Notes under the pieces: model-generated
Seen by the model: only the letters and a program-made list of their open reading frames with translations
What the model was told of the DNA's origin: nothing
The model's database searches: none
Shown here: positions 54,350 to 63,901 of the stretch, piece after piece
Position numbering within the stretch: the stretch's first letter is position 1
How the letters are laid out: every line of letters starts with the position of its first letter
Origin: Phormidesmis sp.
Lineage (GTDB): Bacteria > Cyanobacteriota > Cyanobacteriia > Leptolyngbyales > Leptolyngbyaceae
Direction of reading: 5' to 3'
Assembly (NCBI GenBank): GCA_965248535.1
Contig: CBDFJR010000005.1
Coordinates: 288,001-352,000 of the forward strand
Length of the DNA: 64,000 bases
Made by a program: the position numbers and the translations under genes

Positions 54350-55150
54350 TCACTTTTTTGACAGAATTTTACGCAATCGAGTAAAGAAGCTGTCATTGGG
54401 CACGGTCAAATCTTGGAAGGGCACTTTTTCACCATCCAACCGCCGAATGATGTTGTCGAAGGCGGTGCCCGCTAGGGAGGGCGTTTCAGACAAAACGAGC
54501 GGCTCACCTTTGTTGGTCGAGACGATCACCCGCTCATCATCGGGCACCACGCCAATCAAGGGCACCGCTAAGATCTCTTGCACATCTTCGACCGACATCA
54601 TATCGTTGGCCGCCACCATCGCAGGCTTGAGACGATTGACAATCAGATGAATGCGTTTGACGTTGTTGGCTTCGAGTAGACCAATCACCCGATCGGCATC
54701 GCGCACGGCGGCAATTTCGGGTGTGGTGACAATGAGCGCTTCTTTGGCGGCGGCGATCGCGTTTTGAAAGCCCATCTCAATCCCAGCGGGGCAGTCGATC
54801 AAAATATATTCATAAACTCGCGCTAGAGCATTGACCAATTGCCGCATCTGATCGGGCGTGACGGCATCTTTGGTGCGGTTTTGCGCGGCTGGCAGCAGCA
54901 CTAGGTTATTAAATCGCTTGTCTTTGACTAAGGCTTGCTCTAAGCGGCACTGCCCGGCCAACACTTCAACGGCGGTATAGACCACGCGATTTTCTAGCCC
55001 TAGCAGCAGGTCAAGATTTCTCAAGCCAAAATCGGCATCGATCACGGCAACTTTGCGCCGCCGCTTGGCCAAAGCCATACCTAAATTTGCTGTGCAGGTG
55101 GTCTTGCCGACTCCACCTTTGCCCGATGTGATGACGATGATACGAGCCAT
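54350..55150 (-). CDS. minD: Septum site-determining ATPase
   Basis: SGKGGVGKTT, GLRNLDL, DCPAGIE, RDADR. Confidence 0.98.
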   Translation of the reverse strand: MARIIVITSGKGGVGKTTCTANLGMALAKRRRKVAVIDADFGLRNLDLLLGLENRVVYTAVEVLAGQCRLEQALVKDKRFNNLVLLPAAQNRTKDAVTPDQMRQLVNALARVYEYILIDCPAGIEMGFQNAIAAAKEALIVTTPEIAAVRDADRVIGLLEANNVKRIHLIVNRLKPAMVAANDMMSVEDVQEILAVPLIGVVPDDERVIVSTNKGEPLVLSETPSLAGTAFDNIIRRLDGEKVPFQDLTVPNDSFFTRLRKILSKK

Positions 55151-55339
55151 TGCAATGATGCGACTACAGAACGATGAGCGTTGACCCAACCGGATCGGTT
55201 TTTATAAGCTTTTCAGGATACCCGAAACCACGATCGAGAAATTGCTGATCGTGAACCTTCAGCCAAGAGTATCAGAAAACTCGCTCGAATGATTGATCTA
55301 TGCCCCAGAAGTTAACCGTCGAAATGGAGCACAAAGCTT

Positions 55340-56158
55340 TTATCCTGGTTTTTTGGTTTCTTGTTCGGGGGCGGGTTGTCGCACAAAATCGGTGGCTCTA
55401 GCGATGCGAATATTACCTTGAGGCGCAACGTAGGCAACTTCAGGATGATATTGAGCCGGGGGCGTTTCGGGCGCTCTAGCCACAAAATCAGCAATCCGAA
55501 TTTGGGTCGGTTCGAGTTGCAGGGCCATGATCAAGCAGCGGGCATTGCCTTTGCAGCCCGCGTGAGCCACGCCCCGCAGCCGACCCCAGACGAGAATGTC
55601 TCCTTCTGCAATCACACTGCTGCCGGGGTTGAGATCGCCTAAAACAATCACCGTGCCACTGTGACGAATCTCGGTGCCCGATCGCAGCGTCATCTGCACA
55701 TAGAGCGGCTCATCCATCGCTTGTCCGGCTTCGGGTTGAGCCTGATTGAGCGGGGTGACGGAGGCAGACGACTGCTGCTCGATCGAATAGCCAGCCGTGG
55801 CAGCAGCAACCGCCGTTTGACGACGACTGGTGAAGACCCGCTTGAGTTGAAGCTGCACCTCGGTCAGAGCATCGGCGATCGCCTGAAGCTGGCGGCTGTC
55901 GAGCAGACGATCGCTGACGACTAAATCCACGCTGGTGGCGGGCTGCCAAAATCGTTCTCTAGCATCTAGCTGCTGTTTAAACTGCTGCCAGATCTCTCCC
56001 CAAGTCAGTGCCAGCGAAGCATTCACATTAGTCGCTTCCGATTCAGGAGGCAAGGTCAACACGAGTCGTCCTCCTTCACTTCTAAGCCGAACCTGAAGGA
56101 TGGGATTAACCTCGACAGGAAGAGGGCTAGGGGGAGTCGCGGAGGTTTCAGAAGTCAT
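55340..56158 (-). CDS. minC: Septum site-determining protein
   Basis: LRSG, GDLNPG, LRGVAHAG. Confidence 0.95.
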   Translation of the reverse strand: MTSETSATPPSPLPVEVNPILQVRLRSEGGRLVLTLPPESEATNVNASLALTWGEIWQQFKQQLDARERFWQPATSVDLVVSDRLLDSRQLQAIADALTEVQLQLKRVFTSRRQTAVAAATAGYSIEQQSSASVTPLNQAQPEAGQAMDEPLYVQMTLRSGTEIRHSGTVIVLGDLNPGSSVIAEGDILVWGRLRGVAHAGCKGNARCLIMALQLEPTQIRIADFVARAPETPPAQYHPEVAYVAPQGNIRIARATDFVRQPAPEQETKKPG

Positions 56159-56303
56159 GCAAGAGATTGGCGGCAACGGATCAAATATATTACTTTTGCT
56201 TGACTTGGAGAGCATGAGTCAGAAAGTTAGTTCTTTTGGCTAAGAATAGTTGACCGCCGATCGTGAATTAATAGAGATTCAGTCAAAAAAATTTACATCC
56301 TAG

Positions 56304-57041
56304 ATGCTGTTTGATTTAATTCGCAATCTGAGTAGACGATTGATCGCTGAGTGGCGGCGCAGAGTGGGAGTTAGGCTGCAACCGCTTCTGACCACTGTGA
56401 GATTAGGAGGGTTGGCGCTGGCGGCGATCGCGCTCTGGCTGTTTGCTTATATTGCAGAAGAAGTTTTTGAGCATGAGACTCAGGGGTTTGATGCTAGCGT
56501 TTTGCTGTCTATTCGATCGCTGCACCAATCGTGGCTCGACCCAATCATGGTGTTCGTCACGAATGTTGGTGATCCCAGAGTGCTGTTGGTGATTTGTGTG
56601 GGTTTGAGCGTGATTTTGGTTTTACGTCACCACCGGGCGGAAGCGATGACGATCGCGATCGCCGGATTCGGAGCCTTGGGGCTAAATTTTGTGCTCAAAA
56701 ATTTATTTGAGCGGGCGCGTCCTGAGTTGTGGTCTCGCATTGTCGATGTAACAAACTACAGCTTTCCTAGTGGTCACGCGATGCTGTCGATGGTGATGTA
56801 TGGGCTATTGGGCTATTTGTTAGCCACTCAGTTTGATCGGTGGCGGGTGGTGATTGCGACGATTTCAACTCTCTTGATTCTGCTGATTGGGTTTAGCCGT
56901 CTCTATCTGGGTGTTCATTGGTTTACTGATGTGATTGGAGGCTATGCGGCAGGGCTAGTCTGGCTGATCACCTGCATTCTCAGTTTAGAAATCTGGAGAC
57001 ATCGCCATGATTTGACCCAGCCAAAATCTTTGTCTAAATAG
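56304..57041 (+). CDS. PAP2 family phosphatase
   Basis: K...RARP, FPSGH, SRLYLGVHWFTDV. Confidence 0.93.
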   Translation: MLFDLIRNLSRRLIAEWRRRVGVRLQPLLTTVRLGGLALAAIALWLFAYIAEEVFEHETQGFDASVLLSIRSLHQSWLDPIMVFVTNVGDPRVLLVICVGLSVILVLRHHRAEAMTIAIAGFGALGLNFVLKNLFERARPELWSRIVDVTNYSFPSGHAMLSMVMYGLLGYLLATQFDRWRVVIATISTLLILLIGFSRLYLGVHWFTDVIGGYAAGLVWLITCILSLEIWRHRHDLTQPKSLSK

Positions 57042-57066
57042 CTAAGATTGTGTTTGGGAACAGGAG

Positions 57067-58290
57067 TTAAATTGCTCGATCGAAGGTCTCAAACAGCTTG
57101 ACCAACACAACATTAGAAAACAGAAATCCTTCGGGATCGGTGAGTCTAATATAGCCTTGATCAGGTAAGTGAGAATTGAGTGAGATAGGATGACGATCGC
57201 TATTCAAAACTTCAATCCATCCCGACTTCTGAAACGGCTGTAGACAAGTCCAAATCTCTGCTATTTTCTCCTGTCCAAACTGTTGAATTAACGCTGATAT
57301 ATTTAACCCTTCAGCTAATCGCAACCCTACCATTAAAGTATCTAAAAGAATCTCGACTAAATCGGGATCATTTGGACTCATAGATTCCTGTGGTTGCTCA
57401 ACCCACTCGTAATATTCGCGAGTCTTGCGAGGACGAGACACCCGATCGCCCTTCACATAGCTTGTTGCCCCCATGCCAAACCCATAGAACGATTGATTTT
57501 TCCAATACACTCGATTGTGACGACACTGAAACCCCGATCGGGCATAGTTTGAGATTTCATAATGCTCATATCCGGCAGCAGTCAAGGTGCTCTGAGCCAG
57601 ACGATACATGGCTGCGGTCACTTCGTCGGTGGGTAAGGGCGTTGATCCCGGCTGATAGCGTTTGCCAAAGGGGGTCATGGGTTCGATCGTCAGATCATAG
57701 ACAGAAACGTGGCTGGGAGAAAGCGCGATCGCCCGATCTAACGAGTCTTGCCACTGAGCGATCGTCTGATTGGGCAACCCCGAAATCAGGTCTAAACTAA
57801 AGTTAGAAACTCCGGCTTGCTCGATTAACTGAATCGATTTATAAACCTCTTCAACGCTGTGAGTTCTGCCACAAGCAGCAAGCAAACTCGATTGAAAAGC
57901 TTGCACCCCTAAACTAACGCGATTGATCCCAGAAGATCGATATCCTTGAATCTGATCTAAATCAAACGTGCCGGGGTCAACCTCCATTGAAATCTCGGCA
58001 TCGGATGAAAGTCTAAACTGTTGATCTAACGTGTTAAGAATTCGACTCAGTTGATCAACCGACAATAGCGACGGCGTGCCGCCTCCAAAGAACACTGTTT
58101 TGAGCGGTTGACCTAAGGATTTAGTTAGTCGAATTTCATCACACAGCACTTCGACATAGCGCCCGATCGTGCCCGAATTAGTGCCGTTGCGCCGATCGCC
58201 CACCACCGAGATGGGAAAGTCGCAATAAAAACAGCGCCGCCGACAAAACGGGATGTGAACATAGGCAGAGCTTGGAACGCTAAATTCCAT
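57067..58290 (-). CDS. hemW: Radical SAM heme chaperone HemW (HemN-like)
   Basis: YVHIPFCRRRCFYCDF, GGGTPS, YEISNY, HNRVYW. Confidence 0.9.
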   Translation of the reverse strand: MEFSVPSSAYVHIPFCRRRCFYCDFPISVVGDRRNGTNSGTIGRYVEVLCDEIRLTKSLGQPLKTVFFGGGTPSLLSVDQLSRILNTLDQQFRLSSDAEISMEVDPGTFDLDQIQGYRSSGINRVSLGVQAFQSSLLAACGRTHSVEEVYKSIQLIEQAGVSNFSLDLISGLPNQTIAQWQDSLDRAIALSPSHVSVYDLTIEPMTPFGKRYQPGSTPLPTDEVTAAMYRLAQSTLTAAGYEHYEISNYARSGFQCRHNRVYWKNQSFYGFGMGATSYVKGDRVSRPRKTREYYEWVEQPQESMSPNDPDLVEILLDTLMVGLRLAEGLNISALIQQFGQEKIAEIWTCLQPFQKSGWIEVLNSDRHPISLNSHLPDQGYIRLTDPEGFLFSNVVLVKLFETFDRAI

Positions 58291-58615
58291 GAATCTTTTA
58301 TAAATTCTTTGTATTCTCAAACTATCGCAACGAATCTTCTTTAATTCCCGTATTTTTTATTGATTTTTGTATCGTAAATCACAGGCAATAGTAGGGTTAA
58401 CCGCCCACAGGGAAAGGGATTTGCGCGAAAATTCGATAAACCCACAAGATATAATGATGACAAGTCAGTCTGATCAAAAAGATTGCCTCTTAAATCTAAG
58501 ATTTTGGATTGCTTTTAAATTCGTAATCCACCCTTTATAAAAAGCTCTAAACATCCGTCCCTTACAGTCTAAAGTCGCCGATCTAAAATCGACAAAATCC
58601 CTCATTCCAAAGATT

Positions 58616-59695
58616 ATGGTTGATGCAGTCATTATTATTTCATTCATCCTAGCAGGAGCAGGAATTGGCTTTCACGGCATCGAAGCGCTGCCAGGCGGCG
58701 TTTTGCAGCAGGTGACCAACCCTGATGCCCTGCGCTGGGTCTGTTCAGGCTTTGGGGCCATGATTGGCTTTGCAGTCGGTTTATTGGCTCAGTCTAGCTA
58801 CCGTCGGGTGGCTCGCCAGATTCGCGAGATGCCTGCCCCCTTGCTGCTGAGTCGATCGGTAGGCTTAGTTTTGGGCCTATTGGTCGCAAACCTGCTGCTG
58901 GCACCGATTTTTCTTCTGCCAATTCCTCAAGAGTTTTCATTTATTAAACCTCTCGCCGCCGTGGTCGGCAGCATTATGTTTTCGGTTTCTGGCGTGTCGC
59001 TGGCTGATCTGCACGGGCGATCGCTGCTGCGGCTGATCAATCCCAACAACGTTGAAACGATGCTGCTGGCCGAAGGCTCTCTCAAACCCTCTAGCACCAA
59101 GGTTTTAGACACTAGCTGCATTATCGATGGCCGCATTTCTGCCTTGCTGGATACCGGGTTTTTAGAAGGGCAGCTTCTTGTGCCGCAGTTTGTTTTGCAA
59201 GAGTTGCAGCAAGTCGCCGATGCCTCTAACGATCAAAAGCGAGTGCGGGGACGGCGCGGACTAGATGTTTTAAATCAGATTCGGGAAGCCTACCCAGAGC
59301 GGGTTGTGATTCACTCGGCTGACTATGAAGACATCCCCACTGTAGATGCAAAACTGGTGCGGCTCGTGCAAGACATCAATGGCACCCTGCTGACAACTGA
59401 CTACAACTTAAACAAGGTCGCCACCGTCCAGAGCGTTCCGGTGCTGAATGTCAATGATTTGACTCAGGCCGTCCGCCCCTCCTATCTTCCGGGTGACAGC
59501 ATTGATCTCAAGATCTTGCGAGAAGGCAAGGAAGCGGCCCAGGGCGTTGGCTATCTCGATGATGGCACCATGGTGGTGGTTGAAGAAGCCCGTGCCTTTG
59601 TGGGAGGTGAGCTTCAGGTGATTGTCACCAGTGCGCTGCAAACTTCTGCGGGGCGGATGATTTTTGCTCGACCCAAGGCCTCAGCGATCGCTTAA
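58616..59695 (+). CDS. Membrane PIN/TRAM domain protein (YacL-like)
   Basis: LDTSCIIDGRI, GRRGLD, GVGYLDDGTMVVVE, QTSAGRMIF. Confidence 0.93.
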   Translation: MVDAVIIISFILAGAGIGFHGIEALPGGVLQQVTNPDALRWVCSGFGAMIGFAVGLLAQSSYRRVARQIREMPAPLLLSRSVGLVLGLLVANLLLAPIFLLPIPQEFSFIKPLAAVVGSIMFSVSGVSLADLHGRSLLRLINPNNVETMLLAEGSLKPSSTKVLDTSCIIDGRISALLDTGFLEGQLLVPQFVLQELQQVADASNDQKRVRGRRGLDVLNQIREAYPERVVIHSADYEDIPTVDAKLVRLVQDINGTLLTTDYNLNKVATVQSVPVLNVNDLTQAVRPSYLPGDSIDLKILREGKEAAQGVGYLDDGTMVVVEEARAFVGGELQVIVTSALQTSAGRMIFARPKASAIA

Positions 59696-59707
59696 CTCAA
59701 GACGAAG

Positions 59708-59887
59708 ATGGTGCGATCGCGTCAAAAAACCTGTGCTCTCTGCAAAAAATCCGCTCCCGTGCTCTACCGTGTGCAACACGACGAGTCAGCCGAGTGGATT
59801 TTTGTTTGTCGTGAATGCTGGCCGCTAGTTAGTCAAGAAAACCCGTTTTATGGTTATGGCGGCACCTGGAAAGCGCAAAAGCAATAA
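59708..59887 (+). CDS. 59-aa Zn-ribbon protein (not in ORF track)
   Basis: MVRSRQKTCALC...VLYRV...WIFVCRECW...YGGTWKAQKQ. Confidence 0.75.
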   Translation: MVRSRQKTCALCKKSAPVLYRVQHDESAEWIFVCRECWPLVSQENPFYGYGGTWKAQKQ

Positions 59888-59995
59888 GCTGCCCGCTTGC
59901 GATCGCTCCTCCCTTGAGAAATAATCGCGTTGCTACCAAGCCAATAGGGTTGATACTAATGAAGAAATGCGTGTTTTTACTTCATCATTGGGGTC

Positions 59996-61318
59996 ATGGG
60001 TCAGCCTCTTCATTCAAAAGCCAATTATTTTTTTCAGCAGGGGCAGCAGTTGAGCAAGGCAAAAGCTTATGCAGCCGCGATCGCTCAGTTTGATAAAGCC
60101 TTAGAAAACCAGCCCGATTTCCACGCCGGGTGGTATGAGCGCGGCAAAGCTCTTTATGACTTGGGCGATTATCAGGCGGCGATCGTCAACTTTAAAGAAG
60201 TCATTGTGCTCAGATCTGACTATGCCCCAGCCTGGAACAATCAAGGTATGGCTCTGGCAAAGCTAAACCGCCATAACGAAGCGGTTGCTAGCTACGATCG
60301 AGCGATTGAGCTATATCCCAAAAACTACAAGGCTTGGTATAACCGGGGCAATGCGCTGATGAAGCTCAACTCTAGCCAAGAAGCCCTTCGCAGCTATGAA
60401 GAGACGCTCAAACTCAAGCCCGACTATGCAAGAGCCTGGTATAACCGGGGCATTGTTTTAACCCATCTGCGGCGCTATGAGGCTGCGATCGCCAGTTATG
60501 ACAAAGCTCTAGAGGTGCGTCCTCACTTTTCAGATGCTCACTACAATCAAGGGAATCTTTTTAGCCGATTGGGGCGGTTTCAAGATGCCCTCAATAGCTA
60601 CGATCGGGTGTTAGAAATTAAGTCCAGTGTGCCCGATGTGTGGCTTGGTCAAGCCCATGCACTGCACAAGCTGGGGTTTCATGAGCAGGCACTGCAAAGC
60701 TATGATACGGCGTTGCAGTTAAATCCGGCGGCTCACGAAGCCTGGTATAACCGGGGCAACACGCTAGAGACGCTTTGGCGCTATGAAGATGCGATCGAGA
60801 GTTATCATCGCGCTCTGCAATTAAAGCCAGACTTTCCAGAAGCTCTTTATAACCAGGGATGCGCCTTTCAGAGGTTAGGCGACTTGGCTCAGGCGATCGA
60901 CTATTACGATCGGGCTGTGGCTGCTAAACCCGACTTTTATGAAGTTTGGAGTGGTCGCGGCGTTGCTCTGCGTAAATTGGGGCGCTATGACGAAGCGATC
61001 GAGAGCTTCGATCGAGCGTTGGCGATCAATCCTGATTGTGATGAAAGCTGGTATCGTCGGGGTCGAGCGCTCGATCATATTGGGCAAAGTGAGGCGGCGG
61101 TAGCAAGTTATGACAGAGCGCTGAGTCTGTCTCCTGAGTTTGACAAAGCTTGGTATAGCCGAGGCGTGGCGCTGAGTCGATTAGAGAATCACGAGGGCGC
61201 GATCGTCAGTTATGACAAAGCGCTGGCGTTGACTCCTGACTTTCCCAACGCTCAAAGCAGCCGCAGCCTCTCAATGAAGTATTTGCAGCAGAGTCAGTTG
61301 CCTTTGGTCGATCCATAA
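59996..61318 (+). CDS. Tetratricopeptide repeat protein
   Basis: About 12 tandem 34-aa AWYNRG..L..L..Y..A..SYD.A repeats. Confidence 0.95.
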   Translation: MGQPLHSKANYFFQQGQQLSKAKAYAAAIAQFDKALENQPDFHAGWYERGKALYDLGDYQAAIVNFKEVIVLRSDYAPAWNNQGMALAKLNRHNEAVASYDRAIELYPKNYKAWYNRGNALMKLNSSQEALRSYEETLKLKPDYARAWYNRGIVLTHLRRYEAAIASYDKALEVRPHFSDAHYNQGNLFSRLGRFQDALNSYDRVLEIKSSVPDVWLGQAHALHKLGFHEQALQSYDTALQLNPAAHEAWYNRGNTLETLWRYEDAIESYHRALQLKPDFPEALYNQGCAFQRLGDLAQAIDYYDRAVAAKPDFYEVWSGRGVALRKLGRYDEAIESFDRALAINPDCDESWYRRGRALDHIGQSEAAVASYDRALSLSPEFDKAWYSRGVALSRLENHEGAIVSYDKALALTPDFPNAQSSRSLSMKYLQQSQLPLVDP

Positions 61319-61382
61319 GACAGCGATCGACCAAAAAGCTGATCCTAGACTAACTAGCCATCATGCAAAATGAGGAACATTT

Positions 61383-61757
61383 TCAATCTAGCTGAATTGT
61401 TGTTTTGTTGTGCAACTCCTCTACTTGAATTAATGAACCACTACCCAGAACAATGTTGAATTTCACTAAAGAACGTTCAACCTGATAACCGGGCAACACT
61501 CGAACAACTTGATACTCTGTGGTCAAATCACTGGTGCCATCCCACTTCAGAAATGCCAGTTGATTAGACGCAATCTCACTCAGTTGTGAAGTGAAGTCTT
61601 CAATGTGATCGCTAACATCCAAAACAATGCCAGACGACATGAAGAGATAACGCTCTTGTAAATCCAAAGTCACACTCACCCGATAACGCTTTTCGATTGA
61701 GCAACGTAACTCAACCGTAAACGAAATCGAGCTAGGCACGATCGTCCTAACTCCCAT
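61383..61757 (-). CDS. Orphan hypothetical protein (124 aa)
   Basis: ATG preceded by AAGAGG RBS; no family recognised. Confidence 0.55.
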   Translation of the reverse strand: MGVRTIVPSSISFTVELRCSIEKRYRVSVTLDLQERYLFMSSGIVLDVSDHIEDFTSQLSEIASNQLAFLKWDGTSDLTTEYQVVRVLPGYQVERSLVKFNIVLGSGSLIQVEELHNKTTIQLD

Positions 61758-61773
61758 GTTTTTGTCCTCTTAG

Positions 61774-61893
61774 TTAAGTTAAAGAGGACAAAAACACGGA
61801 TCTCTCAGACATTGGGTTGGGGTGAAAACTGTATGCAGGATCTTGATTCCAGCCTTTCAAGATCCCATAGCAAAGCCGACGGTGTACAATCAT
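61774..61893 (-). CDS. Putative 39-aa leader peptide
   Basis: AGGAGG-N5-ATG; MIVHRRLCYGILKGWNQDPAYSFHPNPMSERSVFLSSLT*. Confidence 0.5.
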   Translation of the reverse strand: MIVHRRLCYGILKGWNQDPAYSFHPNPMSERSVFLSSLT

Positions 61894-61992
61894 GAACGCC
61901 TCCTGAGTTAATGGTTCTAACTAGGGATGGAAGTCCTCGGAGTTCTGATCTCGTAAATCAGACTTCGGGGCACAACTCCATCACTGCGGTGT

Positions 61993-62021
61993 ATTCTACA
62001 GGAGTTTTTTGTTTTTTGGAA
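61993..62021 (-). promoter_or_regulatory. Putative sigma70 promoter
   Basis: TTCCAA-N17-TAGAAT, ~10 nt upstream of the first hairpin. Confidence 0.45.
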
Positions 62022-62230
62022 GGCTGAGTTTTTTTGGGGGAGGGGGAAGCGATCGTAAATTCTCCCTGATTTATGTTCCAGTCGAGCAACGGCATGGGTG
62101 CGATCGACTCAGCGCCATGACCGATCTATCGGGACGAGACAATTTATTTTTGGCTCCCTTAGAATCGAAAAATCTGAGCGCCATTCCGTATAAGTACTCG
62201 AAAGTGGAGAGTTATCCTGTGGGAATTCAG

Positions 62231-62236
62231 TATAAT
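62231..62236 (+). promoter_or_regulatory. Candidate cassette promoter (Pc) -10 box
   Basis: Perfect TATAAT ~100 bp upstream of the first cassette boundary. Confidence 0.35.
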
Positions 62237-62322
62237 TCCTAAAAAAATGGGAGTTGTCCGGTTTCCATACGGCATGATTTCCATGAGAGGGATATTTATC
62301 CTGTTTGATAGGAGTTCAAACG

Positions 62323-62341
62323 GCAGAAATAGTAGTTAGCC
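62323..62341 (+). mobile_element. attI-like site / start of cassette 1
   Basis: GCAGAAA-TAGTA-GTTAGCC; GTTAGCC is the exact complement of GGCTAAC at the end of cassette 1. Confidence 0.55.
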
Positions 62342-62406
62342 CCCTTGCGCCAAATGAACATTCGCACTGATGAGTTAGCATTTGAGAGCGATTACAAGGA
62401 TAAGCA

Positions 62407-62934
62407 ATGAAAATTTTGGAGACTAATCGGCTCATCCTGAGACATCAGGTACTGGAGGATCTTGATAGTCTCTACGGGCTTTATTGCGATCCAGCGGTGA
62501 AGCAGTATATTCCCAATGCGCCCCAGACGTATCAAGAGACGAAGGAGGAGTTGGAGTGGTTTCTCAAGGGACATCCAAAGTATCCAGAGTTAGGGCTTTG
62601 GGCAACCATTCATAAAAAAACAAATCAGTTCATCGGACGGTGCGGGTTGCTGCCTTGGACGATTGATGGGTGTGAAGAAGTGGAGGTAGCCTATTTGCTG
62701 TCTAAGGCGTATTGGGGACAAGGGTTAGGAACTGAAGTGGCGCAGGGGGTCGCGCGATATGCCTTTGAGCAATTGCATCTGACGCGATTAATTTGTCTGA
62801 TCGATCCCGAAAACCAGGCTTCGATTCGTGTTGCGTGCAAGCTCAGCATGGAATTTGAGAAAGAGTTCGAGGATGAATACGGACGATGTTTGGTGTACTC
62901 GACCTCAAGATCAGGTGGTGTGAGAAATCGATGA
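62407..62934 (+). CDS. RimJ/RimL-type GNAT acetyltransferase (cassette 1)
   Basis: ILETNRLILR, FIGRCGL, YWGQGLGTE, NQASIRV. Confidence 0.92.
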   Translation: MKILETNRLILRHQVLEDLDSLYGLYCDPAVKQYIPNAPQTYQETKEELEWFLKGHPKYPELGLWATIHKKTNQFIGRCGLLPWTIDGCEEVEVAYLLSKAYWGQGLGTEVAQGVARYAFEQLHLTRLICLIDPENQASIRVACKLSMEFEKEFEDEYGRCLVYSTSRSGGVRNR

Positions 62935-62982
62935 TTCAACAAGCCAACCGCTAGCCAACGCTTAACCTGCTGTCAGAGCGGA

Positions 62983-63071
62983 GGCTAACAACGCCCATGC
63001 ACACCGACCGCTAAGAGTTGATCGGTGATGATGCAGAGGCTACTTGCGGCGGGTGATGGGCAACGTTGGGC
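62983..63071 (+). mobile_element. Integron attC site 1
   Basis: R'' GGCTAAC ... R' GTTGGGC; left arm GCCCATgCACaCCGaCCGC pairs with GCGGCGGGTGATGGGC, leaving three extrahelical bases. Confidence 0.9.
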
Positions 63072-63117
63072 TGGTGCGAATAGCGAATAGAAGCGCGAAT
63101 TGATAGAATCGAAGACT

Positions 63118-63618
63118 ATGGTTGATTATGATGAAGCGATGAAATCCGTCATGAATGGAGACTTGAAGCATTTACAATTTCTGGCGAGTAAGCATGAAGA
63201 TTTTCCCAATGGTAAAGATGCATTCATCCAACGCCATTGGATAACCAATGCTGTAGATTGCGGAACATTTGAAGTCGTGCAATGGATGCTGACCCAAAAT
63301 GTCTCGCTTAAATTCCGAGATGATGAGGGATACACACCTCTTCACTCGGCTATTGATAGGGACAATTCAGACAAACATCGTGTCCTTGAACTTTTATGTT
63401 TAGCTGGGGCCGATACGAATGCACATGGAATTAATGATTGGACACCACTTCACATGGCCGCAGCAAGGAATGATGTAGAAGCGTTGAGGATTCTGCTTAC
63501 TCATGGAGCTGATGCCAGCGTAAGAACTCGTATTGATGATTATTCGACTCCTTTAGAAGAGGCTAAATTACTTGGCTCCAGTGATGCAGTAAAATTTTTG
63601 GAGCATCCAAATAATTAA
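63118..63618 (+). CDS. Ankyrin repeat protein (cassette 2)
   Basis: GYTPLHSA, WTPLHMAA, TPLEEA. Confidence 0.9.
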   Translation: MVDYDEAMKSVMNGDLKHLQFLASKHEDFPNGKDAFIQRHWITNAVDCGTFEVVQWMLTQNVSLKFRDDEGYTPLHSAIDRDNSDKHRVLELLCLAGADTNAHGINDWTPLHMAAARNDVEALRILLTHGADASVRTRIDDYSTPLEEAKLLGSSDAVKFLEHPNN

Positions 63619-63638
63619 CGCCATAATCCTCAACACCA

Positions 63639-63738
63639 GCCCATAAAGGCGCTGCACCCGACCGCCTACAGCCTGCGCTACGCCTCGTTCCTCGGCTCCG
63701 CTTCGGCTTCCGGCGGCGGGTGAGCTTAGTCGTTGGAC
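63639..63738 (+). mobile_element. Integron attC site 2 (degenerate R'' box)
   Basis: GCCCATA-AAGGC-GCTgCACCCGaCCGCC pairs with GGCGGCGGGTGAGC...GTTGGAC; R'' AAC reads ATA. Confidence 0.8.
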
Positions 63739-63901
63739 TGCTCCATCTCTCGGTAGGGAAGGTACAGCAAGGTTATTTGTTGGTGTTGAGGATTAATCGC
63801 CGTAAGGTTGTCTGTAGGGCATTGCCTTGAGGGGAATGGTGAGGCGATCTCGCGAACCACAATTACGGCGTAAAATCAAGACATAGTTTCATGCAACGGA
63901 T

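Noticed and set aside
59996..61318. Nucleotide periodicity such as repeated TGGTATAACCGGGGCA
   Set aside because: Explained by 34-aa TPR repeats.
61757..61990. Hairpins as a retron msr-msd or tRNA
   Set aside because: There is no reverse transcriptase nearby and no cloverleaf or T-loop motif.
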